This document shows, one piece after another, positions 48,091 to 58,134 of a stretch of DNA of 64,000 nt. Every line of letters begins with the position of its first letter. Positions within the stretch are counted from its first letter, which is position 1. Made by a program: the position numbers and the translations under genes. The notes under the pieces were generated by a model, which was not told where the DNA came from, made no database searches, and saw nothing but the letters and a program-made list of their open reading frames with translations. Location: NCBI GenBank assembly GCA_963674865.2, contig CAXXYE010000004.1:320001-384000 (forward strand), read 5' to 3'. Source of the stretch: Candidatus Hydrogenedentota bacterium (GTDB lineage Bacteria > Hydrogenedentota > Hydrogenedentia > Hydrogenedentales > SLHB01).

Positions 48091-49944
48091 CTAAGCTGAA
48101 GTCCTCCCAACGCTGCCACCATTGCGGCGTAGGACCTCTTCCGCCAGGTGTTTCCAGATCGACCTGACCACACTCGCGACTTCGAAATCGGCGTACTCGA
48201 GGAGCGTCTTACGCTGTATCTGCGCTTCGGTGAAGCGCGTATCGTAGGGGATGTTCGCCAGCATTTCCGCCCCCATCTGCTGGGCCTTATCAGCGATCTT
48301 GGCGGCGATCGCGGCATTCAGGTCGGCTTTGTTGACAATGACGCCTGCCGGAACGCGGAAATGGCGCGTCAATTCGAGAATCCGCTCAAGATCGTGCAGG
48401 CCGGATACCGTCGGTTCGGTGACGATGACGGCATAGCGCGCCCCGGTGATCGATGCGATCACCGGACAGCCCGTTCCCGGCGAGCCGTCCATGATGACGC
48501 CGCCCGTGCGCCCGGATTCGGAAGCGAGGTCCGTGGCCATGTTGCGGACGAGCGTCACGAGCCGGCCGGAATTCTCCTCGGCAATGCCGAGTATGGCGTG
48601 GGCCATGGGGCCGAAGCGTGTTTCCGAAGCGAACCACTTGCCGTTCACGGCGTCGGCGCTGGAAATAGCCTGCTCTGGGCACACCATCTGGCATGCGCCG
48701 CATCCCTCGCATGCGCTCAGGTCGATGGCGCACTTGCCGTCTTCCGTTCGCGTGATGGCGTCGAAGCGGCAGACATCCGCGCAGGCGCCGCATCCGGTGC
48801 ACTTGGCGGGGGTGATCTCAACGGTGATTCCGCCGACGAAATCGCCTTCCTCGATGACGCGTGGCTCAAGCACAAGATGGAGGTCCGCCGCATCCACGTC
48901 GCAATCGGCCACAACGCCTTCGTCCGCGAGCTGGGCGAAGCAGGCGGTAATCGAGGTCTTGCCGGTGCCGCCTTTGCCGCTGATGACGACGATTTCCTGG
49001 GGGCGCGGCGCGTTGGAGCCGGGCTTGGGCGCGCGCGCGCGCTTTCCGCCGGGCCGGAACAAGGGCTGAATCAACGCGCGCTTAGCCGGCCGGGGGGCGG
49101 CGGCCAGGCGGAGGGCCGTATCGAGGATATGGTCGAAATAGCGGCGATAGCCGGGCAACTCCTTGATCACCACGCCTCCCACCGAGTACACCTCGGCGAT
49201 CTGCCGCGCATCCGGTATCTCACCTACCACGTCCAATTGCGCCTCCTCGCAATACGCTTTGAGGGCGCTGTCATCCAGCCCGGCGCGGTTCACGACGATG
49301 GCGGGCTCTTGTCCGATCTCACGGCACATGTTGACGGAGAGTCGCAAGTCGTTGAGCGAGAAGGGGGTGGGATCCGTGACAAGAAGGCAAAGGTCGGCGC
49401 CCTTCACCGTCTCCACGGCCGAACAGGCGGTGCCGGGCGGCGAGTCGAGCAGCGTGATATCCGGCCCGCCGTGGTCTTTGAGGGCGTGTATCAGGCGAGG
49501 CGACATGCCGCCCACGGCGGTCTTCAAGAGTCCGTAGTGGAAACCAATGCTGCCGCTCTTACCATGTCTGAGTTCACCGATGGGCCTGTCCCCTTCGACG
49601 ACGGCGTCGCTGGGACAGGCTACCACGCAGGCGCCGCACGCGTGGCAAAGTTCCGGAAAGAACAGCACCTTGCCCTTGATCAACGCCAGTGCGTTGTAGT
49701 GACACGCCGAGACGCATTTGCCGCAAGCCGTGCAGGCATCCTCGTCGAAATGCACGGGCGTGCGGACAGTCATGGGCTCCGTACCATCAATTTCGGGCTT
49801 AAGGAAAAGGTGTCCGTTCGGGGCCTCGACGTCGCAGTCGAGGTAGGTAACGGCCTTTCCGCGTTCGGCGGCGAGTACGGCCAGGTTTGTCGCAATGAAG
49901 GTCTTGCCCGTTCCTCCCTTGCCACTGGATACAGCAACGTTCAT
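48091..49944 (-). CDS. Fusion of two MinD-like P-loop ATPase domains, each with an inserted 2x[4Fe-4S] ferredoxin (COG1149-like)
   Basis: SGKGGTGKT and DCDV each occur twice; four CxxCxxCxxxC motifs; DSPPGTAC and DGSPGTGC. Confidence 0.88.
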   Translation of the reverse strand: MNVAVSSGKGGTGKTFIATNLAVLAAERGKAVTYLDCDVEAPNGHLFLKPEIDGTEPMTVRTPVHFDEDACTACGKCVSACHYNALALIKGKVLFFPELCHACGACVVACPSDAVVEGDRPIGELRHGKSGSIGFHYGLLKTAVGGMSPRLIHALKDHGGPDITLLDSPPGTACSAVETVKGADLCLLVTDPTPFSLNDLRLSVNMCREIGQEPAIVVNRAGLDDSALKAYCEEAQLDVVGEIPDARQIAEVYSVGGVVIKELPGYRRYFDHILDTALRLAAAPRPAKRALIQPLFRPGGKRARAPKPGSNAPRPQEIVVISGKGGTGKTSITACFAQLADEGVVADCDVDAADLHLVLEPRVIEEGDFVGGITVEITPAKCTGCGACADVCRFDAITRTEDGKCAIDLSACEGCGACQMVCPEQAISSADAVNGKWFASETRFGPMAHAILGIAEENSGRLVTLVRNMATDLASESGRTGGVIMDGSPGTGCPVIASITGARYAVIVTEPTVSGLHDLERILELTRHFRVPAGVIVNKADLNAAIAAKIADKAQQMGAEMLANIPYDTRFTEAQIQRKTLLEYADFEVASVVRSIWKHLAEEVLRRNGGSVGRTSA

Positions 49945-49992
49945 CCTGCGCTCCTTGTTGTTGATGCGCGCCCGGGGAGGGCGTGTTCACTC

Positions 49993-50352
49993 TCAGAATT
50001 GGCCCGTCGAAAGCAGCACGAGGGTGCAGGCCTCCAACACCTCCACGCCTTTGGCCTCAAGCCGAGCGGCAAGGCCCGGATTCTCGGCGCCGGGATTGAA
50101 GATGATGCGCCGTGCGTTGCAGTCCTCGATGTCCCCGGCGATCTTGTCCGAGCGCGCGGCTGAGAGGTAGACGGTGATTGTGTCCACCGGCTCGGTGATA
50201 TCGCTCAGGCTCTTGAAGACGGGAGTGCCTTCTATGTCATCGATGCCCGGATGAACCGGGAAAGGGACATGGCCCTTTTCCTGGAGCATCTTGACGGCCT
50301 TGTAGCTATAGCGATCCGGCTTCTTGCTGGCGCCGAGTACGGCCACGTTCAT
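49993..50352 (-). CDS. CoA-binding protein (YccU-like)
   Basis: VAVLGAS, VDTITVY, IFNPGAEN and EACTLV motifs. Confidence 0.85.
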   Translation of the reverse strand: MNVAVLGASKKPDRYSYKAVKMLQEKGHVPFPVHPGIDDIEGTPVFKSLSDITEPVDTITVYLSAARSDKIAGDIEDCNARRIIFNPGAENPGLAARLEAKGVEVLEACTLVLLSTGQF

Positions 50353-50463
50353 CGCTCTCTCCCTTTCGCTAAGTAGCGGCCTATTGGATAGAGGCCTATG
50401 CCGGTGGCAGCACCAAACTTCAGACTTCCATGCCGGCTTCAACTGCGCAGTCGGCAGCAACCA

Positions 50464-51114
50464 CTACCCGTTCGTGTCGCCCTGCAGTTGCTTGATGCGT
50501 TCGCTCAGCTCCTGGAGGCCCTGGGACATGGCCGCGGCCTGCTGTTTGAGCATGGCCAATTCCTCGTCCTTGCTCAGATCAGGCCCCGCCTGTGCGCCCG
50601 GCTCAAGGCTGACGGGGTCCGAGGGGCCTACGCCCATATCCATGCCACGGCCCATGCCGCGGCCGCCTCCGCCTCCCATGCCCATGCCACGGCCCATCCC
50701 TCGGCCGCCGCCGCCTCCCATGCCCATGCCGCGCCCCATGCCCCCGGCCATGCCGAAATGACTGGCCACGTTGGGGGCTGCGGTGCTGTCGAGATTGCCC
50801 GCCTTGAATTGCTCGACAACTTCGCGAACAGGCCCGGAACAGCCTACGATGATCTGAATGCCTGCCGCGGAAAGCGTTTGGTAAGCGTTCGGCCCGCAAT
50901 TTCCCGTCAGGACAAATCGAGCGTCCTTGTCGGCCATCAGCTGCCCGGACTGAATGCCCGCGCCGCCGCCCAAGCTGACATTCGGATTCTCAACGGCCTC
51001 AACCTCCATGGTGTCCGTGTCGACAATGAGGAAGAACGGGCATCGGCCGAACCTCGGATCCACCTGCGCATCCAAAGATGCGCCGTTTGTGGTGATAGCA
51101 ATCTTCATATTCAT
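50464..51114 (-). CDS. NifB/NifX-family Fe-Mo-cofactor-binding-like protein with Gly/Met-rich linker and coiled-coil tail
   Basis: MKIAI, DPRFGRCPFF, GAGIQ and LTGNCGPNA motifs; GMGRGMGMGGGGGR repeats. Confidence 0.85.
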   Translation of the reverse strand: MNMKIAITTNGASLDAQVDPRFGRCPFFLIVDTDTMEVEAVENPNVSLGGGAGIQSGQLMADKDARFVLTGNCGPNAYQTLSAAGIQIIVGCSGPVREVVEQFKAGNLDSTAAPNVASHFGMAGGMGRGMGMGGGGGRGMGRGMGMGGGGGRGMGRGMDMGVGPSDPVSLEPGAQAGPDLSKDEELAMLKQQAAAMSQGLQELSERIKQLQGDTNG

Positions 51115-52010
51115 CGCTCCTTTCGACGCGTTGCTGTGGCCATCGGCCTCGCCACGGAATGGTTTGACCTGCGCAGAACCAATTCTCCGACGGTGCATCC
51201 CATATCATCAGCAATAACAGGACACTTTGCCTTCAAGGCGAAGAAGATGTCCCTTTTCGCTTCGCTTAACGTCTCATAGTTGCCTTGCCCCTTGGCGATA
51301 ACCAAGTCGGCGTCGTCGAAGCGCCGGCGGAAGGATTCGCTGCAGTCCTCGATGATGGTGCCAGGCGCATCCGAGCCGTTGTCGATCACCTCGACGATTT
51401 CGGTGAGGCCCGCGGCGAGGGCATCGCTCCTTGTAGCGTCGTTGATTACGGGCGCCCCGCGCACGGCAAGCGTCACCTTCTCCAGTGTGAGCTGTTCCAC
51501 CAAGAGCCGATCAAAGACAATCTCCCCGGCGTTATCGGCCAGGTAAAGGATGTTGTCTGCTGCATGAATGGCCTCGGCGAAGGCGTCGATGTCACCGTTG
51601 AAGGGAGCCGCGAGGGCTTCCGCCATAGCCTCGTCGATGTCTCTTTGGCTGACGTGTTGATTCACGGCCACATCGATGATGTTGCCGGCTATTGCCAGGC
51701 GCGTGGCGGCTTCCAAGGGATTGGCGGAGCGTTTCACGCGCGATTTCAGCGCGGGATACAGCGCGCGAGCGAGTTCATTCGAGTGTTCCTTCATCTCACG
51801 GTATGGATCGCCTTCACCCACGCGCTCGCGTATGAAGCGATGGATTGTCCGGCCCATGGCCGGGGGAGAGGTGCGCATGTCCATGGCGCTGGCAGCCCGC
51901 AGTGTCTCCCGCAGTACCTCCTCCTGAATCGCCTCATCGTCCGTTGCGCGCCGAACAGCGTCCAGCGCTTGCCGTACAAAGCACGGAATGCAGTCGAAAA
52001 AGGTCCTCAT
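51111..52010 (-). CDS. DUF89/ARMT1-like damage-control phosphatase
   Basis: DCIPCFVRQ, AIAGNIID, LADNAGEIVFD, PVINDAT and AKGQGNYETL motifs. Confidence 0.9.
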   Translation of the reverse strand: MRTFFDCIPCFVRQALDAVRRATDDEAIQEEVLRETLRAASAMDMRTSPPAMGRTIHRFIRERVGEGDPYREMKEHSNELARALYPALKSRVKRSANPLEAATRLAIAGNIIDVAVNQHVSQRDIDEAMAEALAAPFNGDIDAFAEAIHAADNILYLADNAGEIVFDRLLVEQLTLEKVTLAVRGAPVINDATRSDALAAGLTEIVEVIDNGSDAPGTIIEDCSESFRRRFDDADLVIAKGQGNYETLSEAKRDIFFALKAKCPVIADDMGCTVGELVLRRSNHSVARPMATATRRKER

Positions 52011-52075
52011 TCGGCTGTTCTCTCTCTTTCATTCGCGATTGAAGAGGCACGGTTCGCCTCCCATTGAGTTGGAAG

Positions 52076-52092
52076 TGCAAGGCATGTGCCAA
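52076..52092 (-). promoter_or_regulatory. Sigma54 (-24/-12) promoter for the DUF89 operon
   Basis: Minus strand reads TTGGCACATGCCTTGCA (TGGCAC-N5-TTGCA); an enhancer-binding protein gene is adjacent. Confidence 0.85.
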
Positions 52093-52118
52093 TTAGGGGG
52101 GGAGCGGAAGCGCAAAGG

Positions 52119-52143
52119 TAAGTCATTGTGCAGTACTGACTTA
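52119..52143. promoter_or_regulatory. Palindromic site (IHF-like or regulator site) just upstream of the sigma54 promoter
   Basis: taagtca-N11-tgactta. Confidence 0.45.
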
Positions 52144-52224
52144 TGCTAAAAGTTGCTTCCGAGAACGGGAGGGGTGTCGTGCAATGTGCACGCAATATGT
52201 GCCGTTGGGTCGCAATCTGCAATA

Positions 52225-53586
52225 TCAACGCTCTGCTTCATCTTCGCCTTCACTTACATCGATCCCGAGCGCCTTTATCTTGCGATAGAGGGTGCTCGGG
52301 TGAATGCCCAGCTCTCTTGCAGACGCTTTTCGGCTCCCTCGGTGGCGCCGGAGGGCGTCCACGATATGTGTGCGCTCCAAGGCGTCCAGTGTCATTCCTC
52401 GTTCGCGCTCCAAGAGCGTGGCTCGTTCCTCAACACGTAGCGGCGGCGGAAGGTGGCGCACCTCGATGAGGCCGCCTCGGCACAAGGCAAACGCATGCTC
52501 GACGATGTTTTCAAGCTGGCGGACGTTGCCGGGATAATCATGCTCCATCAGGATGGACAGCACTTCGTCGGATACGCCGACGATGTCTTTGTCTTGAAGA
52601 CGGTTGAACTTGGACACGAAATGATCGATCAGCAGAGGGATATCCTCCTGCCTATCGCGCAAAGGGGGCAATTCGAGGCGGATAACGTTAAGGCGGTAAT
52701 AAAGATCCTCGCGAAGGGCGCCGTTCCGAACCTGCTCGTCGAGCGACTTGTTGCTCGCGGCGATGACACGCACGTTGATATTCATTGGCTCGACGGCGCC
52801 CAGCGGCTCGATGACTCTCTCCTGCAAAGCTCGCAGCAGGCGCACCTGCATCGCATGCGATACTTCTCCGATCTCGTCGAGCAGAATCGTGCCTCCTTGA
52901 GCCCAGGCGAAGCGCCCCGGCTTGTCCTGGCGGGCGTCGGTGAAGGCGCCCGCCTTGTATCCGAATAGCTCCGACTCGAGCAGGTTGTCGGGGAGGGCGC
53001 CGCAGTTGATGGCGACAAAGCGGTTATCGCGTCGGAAGGACAGCTCGTGGATGGCGCGGGCGAACAGCTCTTTGCCGGTGCCGCTGGCGCCTTCGATAAC
53101 CACCGTGCTATCGCTCTCCGCAATCTGCGGCAGGATGTCGAACAGGCGGCGCATGGCCGGGCTTTTGCCGATGATGTCCACAAAGGTGTACTTGCCGCGC
53201 AGTTCCTTTCGCAGCGTTTCGACCTCGGTGAGGTCACGGAATGTTTCTACCCCCCCGATCTCCCGGCCGGTTCTGTCATTGAGAACCGCCGTCGAGATGC
53301 TGACGGGCACGCGGCGGCCGGCGGCGTCAATGATGTACACCGTTTTGTTGATGATGGGGCGTCCCGTGGAAAGCGTCTCCCGCAGCGCGCATTCGTGCTC
53401 GCAGATGCTCGTGCGAAATACATCGCAGCATCGCTGGCCAATGGCTTCGTCCGAGGATACGCCGGTGATTTCCGCCGCGGCGCGATTAAAGGTGGTGATA
53501 CGCCAGTTCGCGTCGACGGTAAATACGCCGTCCGCGATGGAGTCGGCGATGGCTTCTCGGATTTCTCTTTCGGGCAGTCGTTTCAT
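52225..53586 (-). CDS. PAS-domain sigma54-dependent Fis-family enhancer-binding protein
   Basis: PAS domain; GASGTGKE, ESELFG, GAFTDA, REDLYYRLNV and PGNVRQLEN motifs; C-terminal HTH. Confidence 0.93.
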   Translation of the reverse strand: MKRLPEREIREAIADSIADGVFTVDANWRITTFNRAAAEITGVSSDEAIGQRCCDVFRTSICEHECALRETLSTGRPIINKTVYIIDAAGRRVPVSISTAVLNDRTGREIGGVETFRDLTEVETLRKELRGKYTFVDIIGKSPAMRRLFDILPQIAESDSTVVIEGASGTGKELFARAIHELSFRRDNRFVAINCGALPDNLLESELFGYKAGAFTDARQDKPGRFAWAQGGTILLDEIGEVSHAMQVRLLRALQERVIEPLGAVEPMNINVRVIAASNKSLDEQVRNGALREDLYYRLNVIRLELPPLRDRQEDIPLLIDHFVSKFNRLQDKDIVGVSDEVLSILMEHDYPGNVRQLENIVEHAFALCRGGLIEVRHLPPPLRVEERATLLERERGMTLDALERTHIVDALRRHRGSRKASARELGIHPSTLYRKIKALGIDVSEGEDEAER

Positions 53587-53640
53587 TGTAGGCCATTATA
53601 GCCCCCGGTGGGCGGCTTGCCAATTGGGCGGGCCGAAGCT

Positions 53641-54444
53641 TCAGGCCGCGCCGTTAGGCTTCCGTGCCACCGCGATCAAGGAGGTGCCGAAGGGCAATCG
53701 TAGCCGGTTTCGTACTAAGTGTGCCTCCTGGGAGGCCAGCCACGTGAGAAGCCCATTCACCAAGGGAATGATTCGCAGGTCTCGTAGAAGTGTTTTGACG
53801 GATGTCTGGTGGCCGAGCTTTCCGCTCGGACGGCTGAAAAGCTTGCGTTTCGCCCAGATAGGTGGTGAGAGGAGCGACATGAAGTGCGAGGCGTACTCGA
53901 TCTGAAATCCCGCCTGTTCAAGCTTCTCTTGCAGGCCGTGCCGCGTGTATCGACGAAAATGACGGTTCGCTTCGTCGCAGTAGCTCCAAAGAGAAGGGTG
54001 GGCCGGTACCGTCAATACCACACGTCCGCCTGGCTTCAGGATGCGGGCGACCCGGCGGAGGACTTCGACGTCGTCAGCCAGGTGCTCGACTACGTCGAAC
54101 ATGCCGACAAGATCCAACGACTCCTCGAAGGGCGCGTTATGAATGTCTGCCTGAAGCAGGTGGGCGCTGGTGTGTTGCCGGGCGTAGGCCAGGGCCTCGG
54201 GGAAGAGGTCCATTCCCATGACAAAGGCATTAGGCCAACAGCGCTCGAAGCACCGTACAACATTGCCCGTGCCGCAGCCGGCCTCCAATGCGCGAAAGCC
54301 AGCGCCTCCGTCCTTGGCTAGATGCCGGCAGAGGGCGGCAATAATCCTATTGCGTGCAACGAACCAGAAATGCCGGTTTTGGGCGCGATGATTATGCTCG
54401 AATAGCGCGCGATCAAACTTGTGGCCCGATATTTCGTCCCGCAC
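53641..54444 (-). CDS. Class I SAM-dependent methyltransferase
   Basis: HFWFVARN, LEAGCGTG, FDVVEH, TVPA and HFRRY motifs. Confidence 0.85.
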   Translation of the reverse strand: MRDEISGHKFDRALFEHNHRAQNRHFWFVARNRIIAALCRHLAKDGGAGFRALEAGCGTGNVVRCFERCWPNAFVMGMDLFPEALAYARQHTSAHLLQADIHNAPFEESLDLVGMFDVVEHLADDVEVLRRVARILKPGGRVVLTVPAHPSLWSYCDEANRHFRRYTRHGLQEKLEQAGFQIEYASHFMSLLSPPIWAKRKLFSRPSGKLGHQTSVKTLLRDLRIIPLVNGLLTWLASQEAHLVRNRLRLPFGTSLIAVARKPNGAA

Positions 54445-54499
54445 CCTTATCTCTCATTTCCGCTGTCGTTACGCGGTAAGGCGTCCCAGAGGCGCTCCG

Positions 54500-55462
54500 T
54501 CAGTCTTCGGGGACGAACACACCCTTGATGTACCCATCTTCTCCCGTCCGCGCCATCTCGAAGCCTTGAGCCACGTTGGCGAAGGTGAACCGATGCGTGA
54601 GGATCTTGTCCATCTGGAATATGCCCGTTGCCACGCCGTGCAGTCCTACCTGAAGGTCGTCGTCAAAGTCCGCCGAAAAGGCGGGGTGGACGCATTGCAT
54701 CGTCGCGCCCTGGAGCATCAGCGGCCACAAATTGTACGTCGCCGGTTGCATGTGACTCCCCGGCACGAGCATCCGCGCGCCGCCGTAGCGCAGTACCTGG
54801 GAGAGAAGCTCGAATCCCGCCGGTTTTCCGCTGAATTCGATGGCGATGTCGAGGCCATGGCCTTCGGTGATCTCCATGATCCGCGCTTTGGCGTCGCATT
54901 CCTTTGGATTGAGCACATGCGTAACGCCGATCTCCTTGGCCAGTTCAAGCCGGCTGGCCATGATATCCACGGCGATCAATGACCGTACGCCGGTTTTCGC
55001 CAAATACATCAGCACAAGCAGGCCCATGGCGCCGCAGCCCACCTGCGCCACATGCGAACCGAGCGGGGGCGTGGCGGCCCGCGAGACGTTTACGACGCAC
55101 GCCAGCGGCTCGCCCTGTGCATGCTCGAACGGCACACCCTCGGGCACTTCATACAAGCGGTTGATCGGCGCGACCGCATGCGTTGCGAAGGCAAATCCGA
55201 AGGCTCCCGTTACGCGCGCTCCGAGGGCAAGCGGCTTGTCATCCGGCCTTGGATTTGTCTCGACCACGACTCCCGACGCCTCATGGCCAAGCACCATCGG
55301 CAGTTCCGCATCAGGATCGCGTCCCTCGTAGACGCCGAAATCCGTCATGCAATATCCGCACGCCTTGATTTCTACAAGCGCCTCGCCGGGCTCCAGTGTC
55401 AAATCGCGCTCGCGGATCTCGATCCTTCTCGGTTCAACAAGTACCGCCTCTCGGATTCGCAT
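54500..55462 (-). CDS. MDR-family zinc-binding dehydrogenase
   Basis: CGYCMTD, LGHEASG, EPLAC and VGCGAMG motifs. Confidence 0.87.
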   Translation of the reverse strand: MRIREAVLVEPRRIEIRERDLTLEPGEALVEIKACGYCMTDFGVYEGRDPDAELPMVLGHEASGVVVETNPRPDDKPLALGARVTGAFGFAFATHAVAPINRLYEVPEGVPFEHAQGEPLACVVNVSRAATPPLGSHVAQVGCGAMGLLVLMYLAKTGVRSLIAVDIMASRLELAKEIGVTHVLNPKECDAKARIMEITEGHGLDIAIEFSGKPAGFELLSQVLRYGGARMLVPGSHMQPATYNLWPLMLQGATMQCVHPAFSADFDDDLQVGLHGVATGIFQMDKILTHRFTFANVAQGFEMARTGEDGYIKGVFVPED

Positions 55463-55602
55463 GATTCTGCCTCCCAAGGTTTGCGGCAAGCCGGATGTGC
55501 GCACTACGAGGCGTGCCAGCGGCTCTACGGCCTGGTTGTCATTCTATCACGCCTCGGGGCGGAGCGGGAGAGAGGTCGGGAACGCGTCCTCGCCCGTCCT
55601 CA

Positions 55603-57309
55603 CTAGTACACGCGTATTTCGAGCACGCGGGCCTCTTCCGCGCCCCAGGTTGACTGGACTTCTACGCGCAGCTTCGAGGTGGCTACGTCGAGGGCGTGGC
55701 GGCAATCGCGCTGGATGTTGCCCTGCCTCGCGTCGATCTCGCGCCAGTTCCCGTCCAGCCGGGCCAATACGCGGTAGTCCTTGACGCATTCGGGATTCGG
55801 CCCCGTCGGCTTGTGCAGGCGGCGGTCGAGGTCGCTGTCAAAGCGTACACGCAACTCCTCAATGGGCCGGGCTTCGCCAAGATCCAGCTCGATCCATTGG
55901 GGCAGCCCCGGCTGCGAGCGCCATCCGTTATAGGCCTCGCCGACGGGGCGGCCTATACCGTTGATGACGTTGAGGGCCGGTTCTATTTCACTTGAGACGC
56001 TAACCGCCGCTCGGTGCGCGAGGTCTGCCGGATCCGTGTTCGGCAAGTCGATGATATATACGTCATCCTTGAGGAGCATCTGCTGTAACTCGCCTACAGG
56101 AACTTCGCGGGGCATTAGGCCGTTGCGCAAAGCGAGCGCGGCGGCCGTTCCCACAGCCTGGCCGTCCACCGCGCCCGTCGCCATGAGACGGGTGGTGGCG
56201 TGGGCGACATGGGTGGCGCTGATGAGCCGGCCCGCGATGAAAAGGTTCGGTACGTTCTTCGAATACAGGCAGCGGTAGGGAATGCTGTAAACGCCGGGCA
56301 ACGGTGGGTTATCGGCGGGCTTCTCCTGTGAATCGATGCCCTCGACTGGGTGGAGGTCGATGCCCCACCCCGCATGAACGACGCGATCGGAGAAGCGTTC
56401 GGCGCGTTCGATCTCCGACTGCGTCAGCATGTGGTCGCCTTCAAAACGCCGGGATTCGCGCTTGCCGGGCACCGTGCCGATCCAGTCCAGAACGTAGTTC
56501 TCGGCGCCATGTTCGCCGCCGTTCTTGATGTGATCCCAGACGCCGTACACGATGCGTTGCAACTCGAAGCGGATGCGCTCCGCATCCTTGATAGTGTTCA
56601 GTACGCCGCCGTATTCCAGCCACCAGTAGGCCCTGCCGCCCGTGACGCTTGTATGCGAGCGGTGCTGAAGGTCGGCCTCCGTGAACTTCCGCGCGAACTT
56701 CGGCGGTTTGTAGGAAGAGGGATGGCCCACATCGCGCGCGGTGAAATAGAGCGTACTACCTAGGGTTTTGGCGTCTGCGGCCTCCGGCGCGCGGGATTCG
56801 TTGAACTCGGCGCGTGCCTCGCGTCCCATGCGATACGCCGCACCGGCGCTTTTCCCGAAGGCGCCATCGCCGCTTGCCTCGATGAAGTAGGCGCCGGCCA
56901 GTCGGAAGGTTTCCTCTGTAGCGTATCGATCCACGACGACTTCGGCGATTCGCTCGCCGTCCATCACGGCCTCGCGCGCCCGCGAGTTGAAATATACGTC
57001 GAGGTTGGACTCCGCCAGGATCATATCAAGCAAGACCGCGTCGCGCATGGGGAAACTCTCATCGTTGCCCAAGGCCGAGACGGCCAGCATGTACTCCTCG
57101 ATGATCCCCGTCTCACGAGCGTGACGGTTATTCCCAGACTGCGCGCCGCCCACGGGCACGCGTACCTCGCTCGAAGCATTTCCCCCGAGCACGGGGCGGT
57201 CTTGGAGCAGGGCCGTCGCACACCCGTGACGCGCGGCGGCGATAGCCGCACAGGTTCCTGCCAGACCTCCGCCCACCACCACGACGTCGTAGGCTTTCGC
57301 AGCGCCCAT
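55603..57309 (-). CDS. FAD-dependent oxidoreductase with C-terminal discoidin-like domain
   Basis: VVGGGLAG, LGGNASSE, GKRESRR and IPYRCLYS motifs; PQWIELDLG tail; GGAGG RBS. Confidence 0.87.
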   Translation of the reverse strand: MGAAKAYDVVVVGGGLAGTCAAIAAARHGCATALLQDRPVLGGNASSEVRVPVGGAQSGNNRHARETGIIEEYMLAVSALGNDESFPMRDAVLLDMILAESNLDVYFNSRAREAVMDGERIAEVVVDRYATEETFRLAGAYFIEASGDGAFGKSAGAAYRMGREARAEFNESRAPEAADAKTLGSTLYFTARDVGHPSSYKPPKFARKFTEADLQHRSHTSVTGGRAYWWLEYGGVLNTIKDAERIRFELQRIVYGVWDHIKNGGEHGAENYVLDWIGTVPGKRESRRFEGDHMLTQSEIERAERFSDRVVHAGWGIDLHPVEGIDSQEKPADNPPLPGVYSIPYRCLYSKNVPNLFIAGRLISATHVAHATTRLMATGAVDGQAVGTAAALALRNGLMPREVPVGELQQMLLKDDVYIIDLPNTDPADLAHRAAVSVSSEIEPALNVINGIGRPVGEAYNGWRSQPGLPQWIELDLGEARPIEELRVRFDSDLDRRLHKPTGPNPECVKDYRVLARLDGNWREIDARQGNIQRDCRHALDVATSKLRVEVQSTWGAEEARVLEIRVY

Positions 57310-57406
57310 GAATACCTCCTTTGAAGCTGTTGAATGAACCACTTGCCGCAACGCGTGCCCCTCCGTATACTTGCCCCTCGCCGTGAAATCAACCATGAGA
57401 GGCAGC

Positions 57407-57865
57407 ATGCCGGGCACAAGCAAAGAGCGAGTCATAATCTACACCGATGGCGGCTGTGACCCCAACCCCGGGGTGGGGGGCTGGGCCGTCGTCTTGCAGT
57501 GTAAGGGTGAGACGAAGGAGTTGTCGGGCGGCGCTCCTGAGACGACGAACAACCGAATGGAACTTACCGCGGCCATCGAGGCGCTCAGGGCATTGAAGCG
57601 GCCGTGTTCGATTGCTATCCATACGGATTCCGAATACGTGAAGAAGGGCATTACGGAGTGGCTGCCTCAATGGAAGCGCCGTAACTGGCGGCGCAAAGGC
57701 GGCGCAGTGAAAAACCTCGATTTGTGGCAGCAGCTTGACGCCCTTTCCGAGGCGCATGACATCGAATGGCGCTGGGTGGCGGGCCACGCCGGGGTCCCCC
57801 TCAACGAGCGCTGCGACCAGCTCGCTTCGGAGGCCATTGCGCGAATCAAGGAACAGGGATTTTGA
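57407..57865 (+). CDS. rnhA: Ribonuclease HI
   Basis: IYTDGGC, TTNNRMEL, TDSEYV, WVAGHAG and NERCD motifs. Confidence 0.96.
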   Translation: MPGTSKERVIIYTDGGCDPNPGVGGWAVVLQCKGETKELSGGAPETTNNRMELTAAIEALRALKRPCSIAIHTDSEYVKKGITEWLPQWKRRNWRRKGGAVKNLDLWQQLDALSEAHDIEWRWVAGHAGVPLNERCDQLASEAIARIKEQGF

Positions 57866-57891
57866 CGCTCTTTCAAGGCGTGTGTCATACT
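57862..57891 (+). promoter_or_regulatory. Putative sigma70 promoter for the histidine kinase
   Basis: TTGACG-N18-CATACT with an extended TG. Confidence 0.35.
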
Positions 57892-58134
57892 GCGCATGGA
57901 TTTCAAGATAGTGCAACCCACTGGGAGCTGCGTTTTCACGTCGGATTCCTAGCGGCCACGCGCCCGCTAAACGGATGTGGGATTACTTCCCCAACGACCT
58001 CTTGAGGCGGCTCCGTGCGGTGTTTCGCCCGCTGAGGGGCGCTTGCGCGCGGTATGGTTGGAATTGACGGCGCTGGCCCGCAGGGAATTGCACGCCGCCC
58101 ACCGGGCACACTTGATCGAGGAGTCTGCTGAGGC

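Noticed and set aside
48148..50163. 671-aa plus-strand ORF and other long antisense ORFs (e.g. 16264-17604, 58846-60240, 24468-25817)
   Set aside because: They lie opposite well-supported genes, lack motifs, and are expected in high-GC DNA.
50464..51114. Nitrogen-fixation cluster
   Set aside because: The NifB/NifX-like domain occurs without nifHDK/ENB in the window; this family is common in non-diazotrophs.
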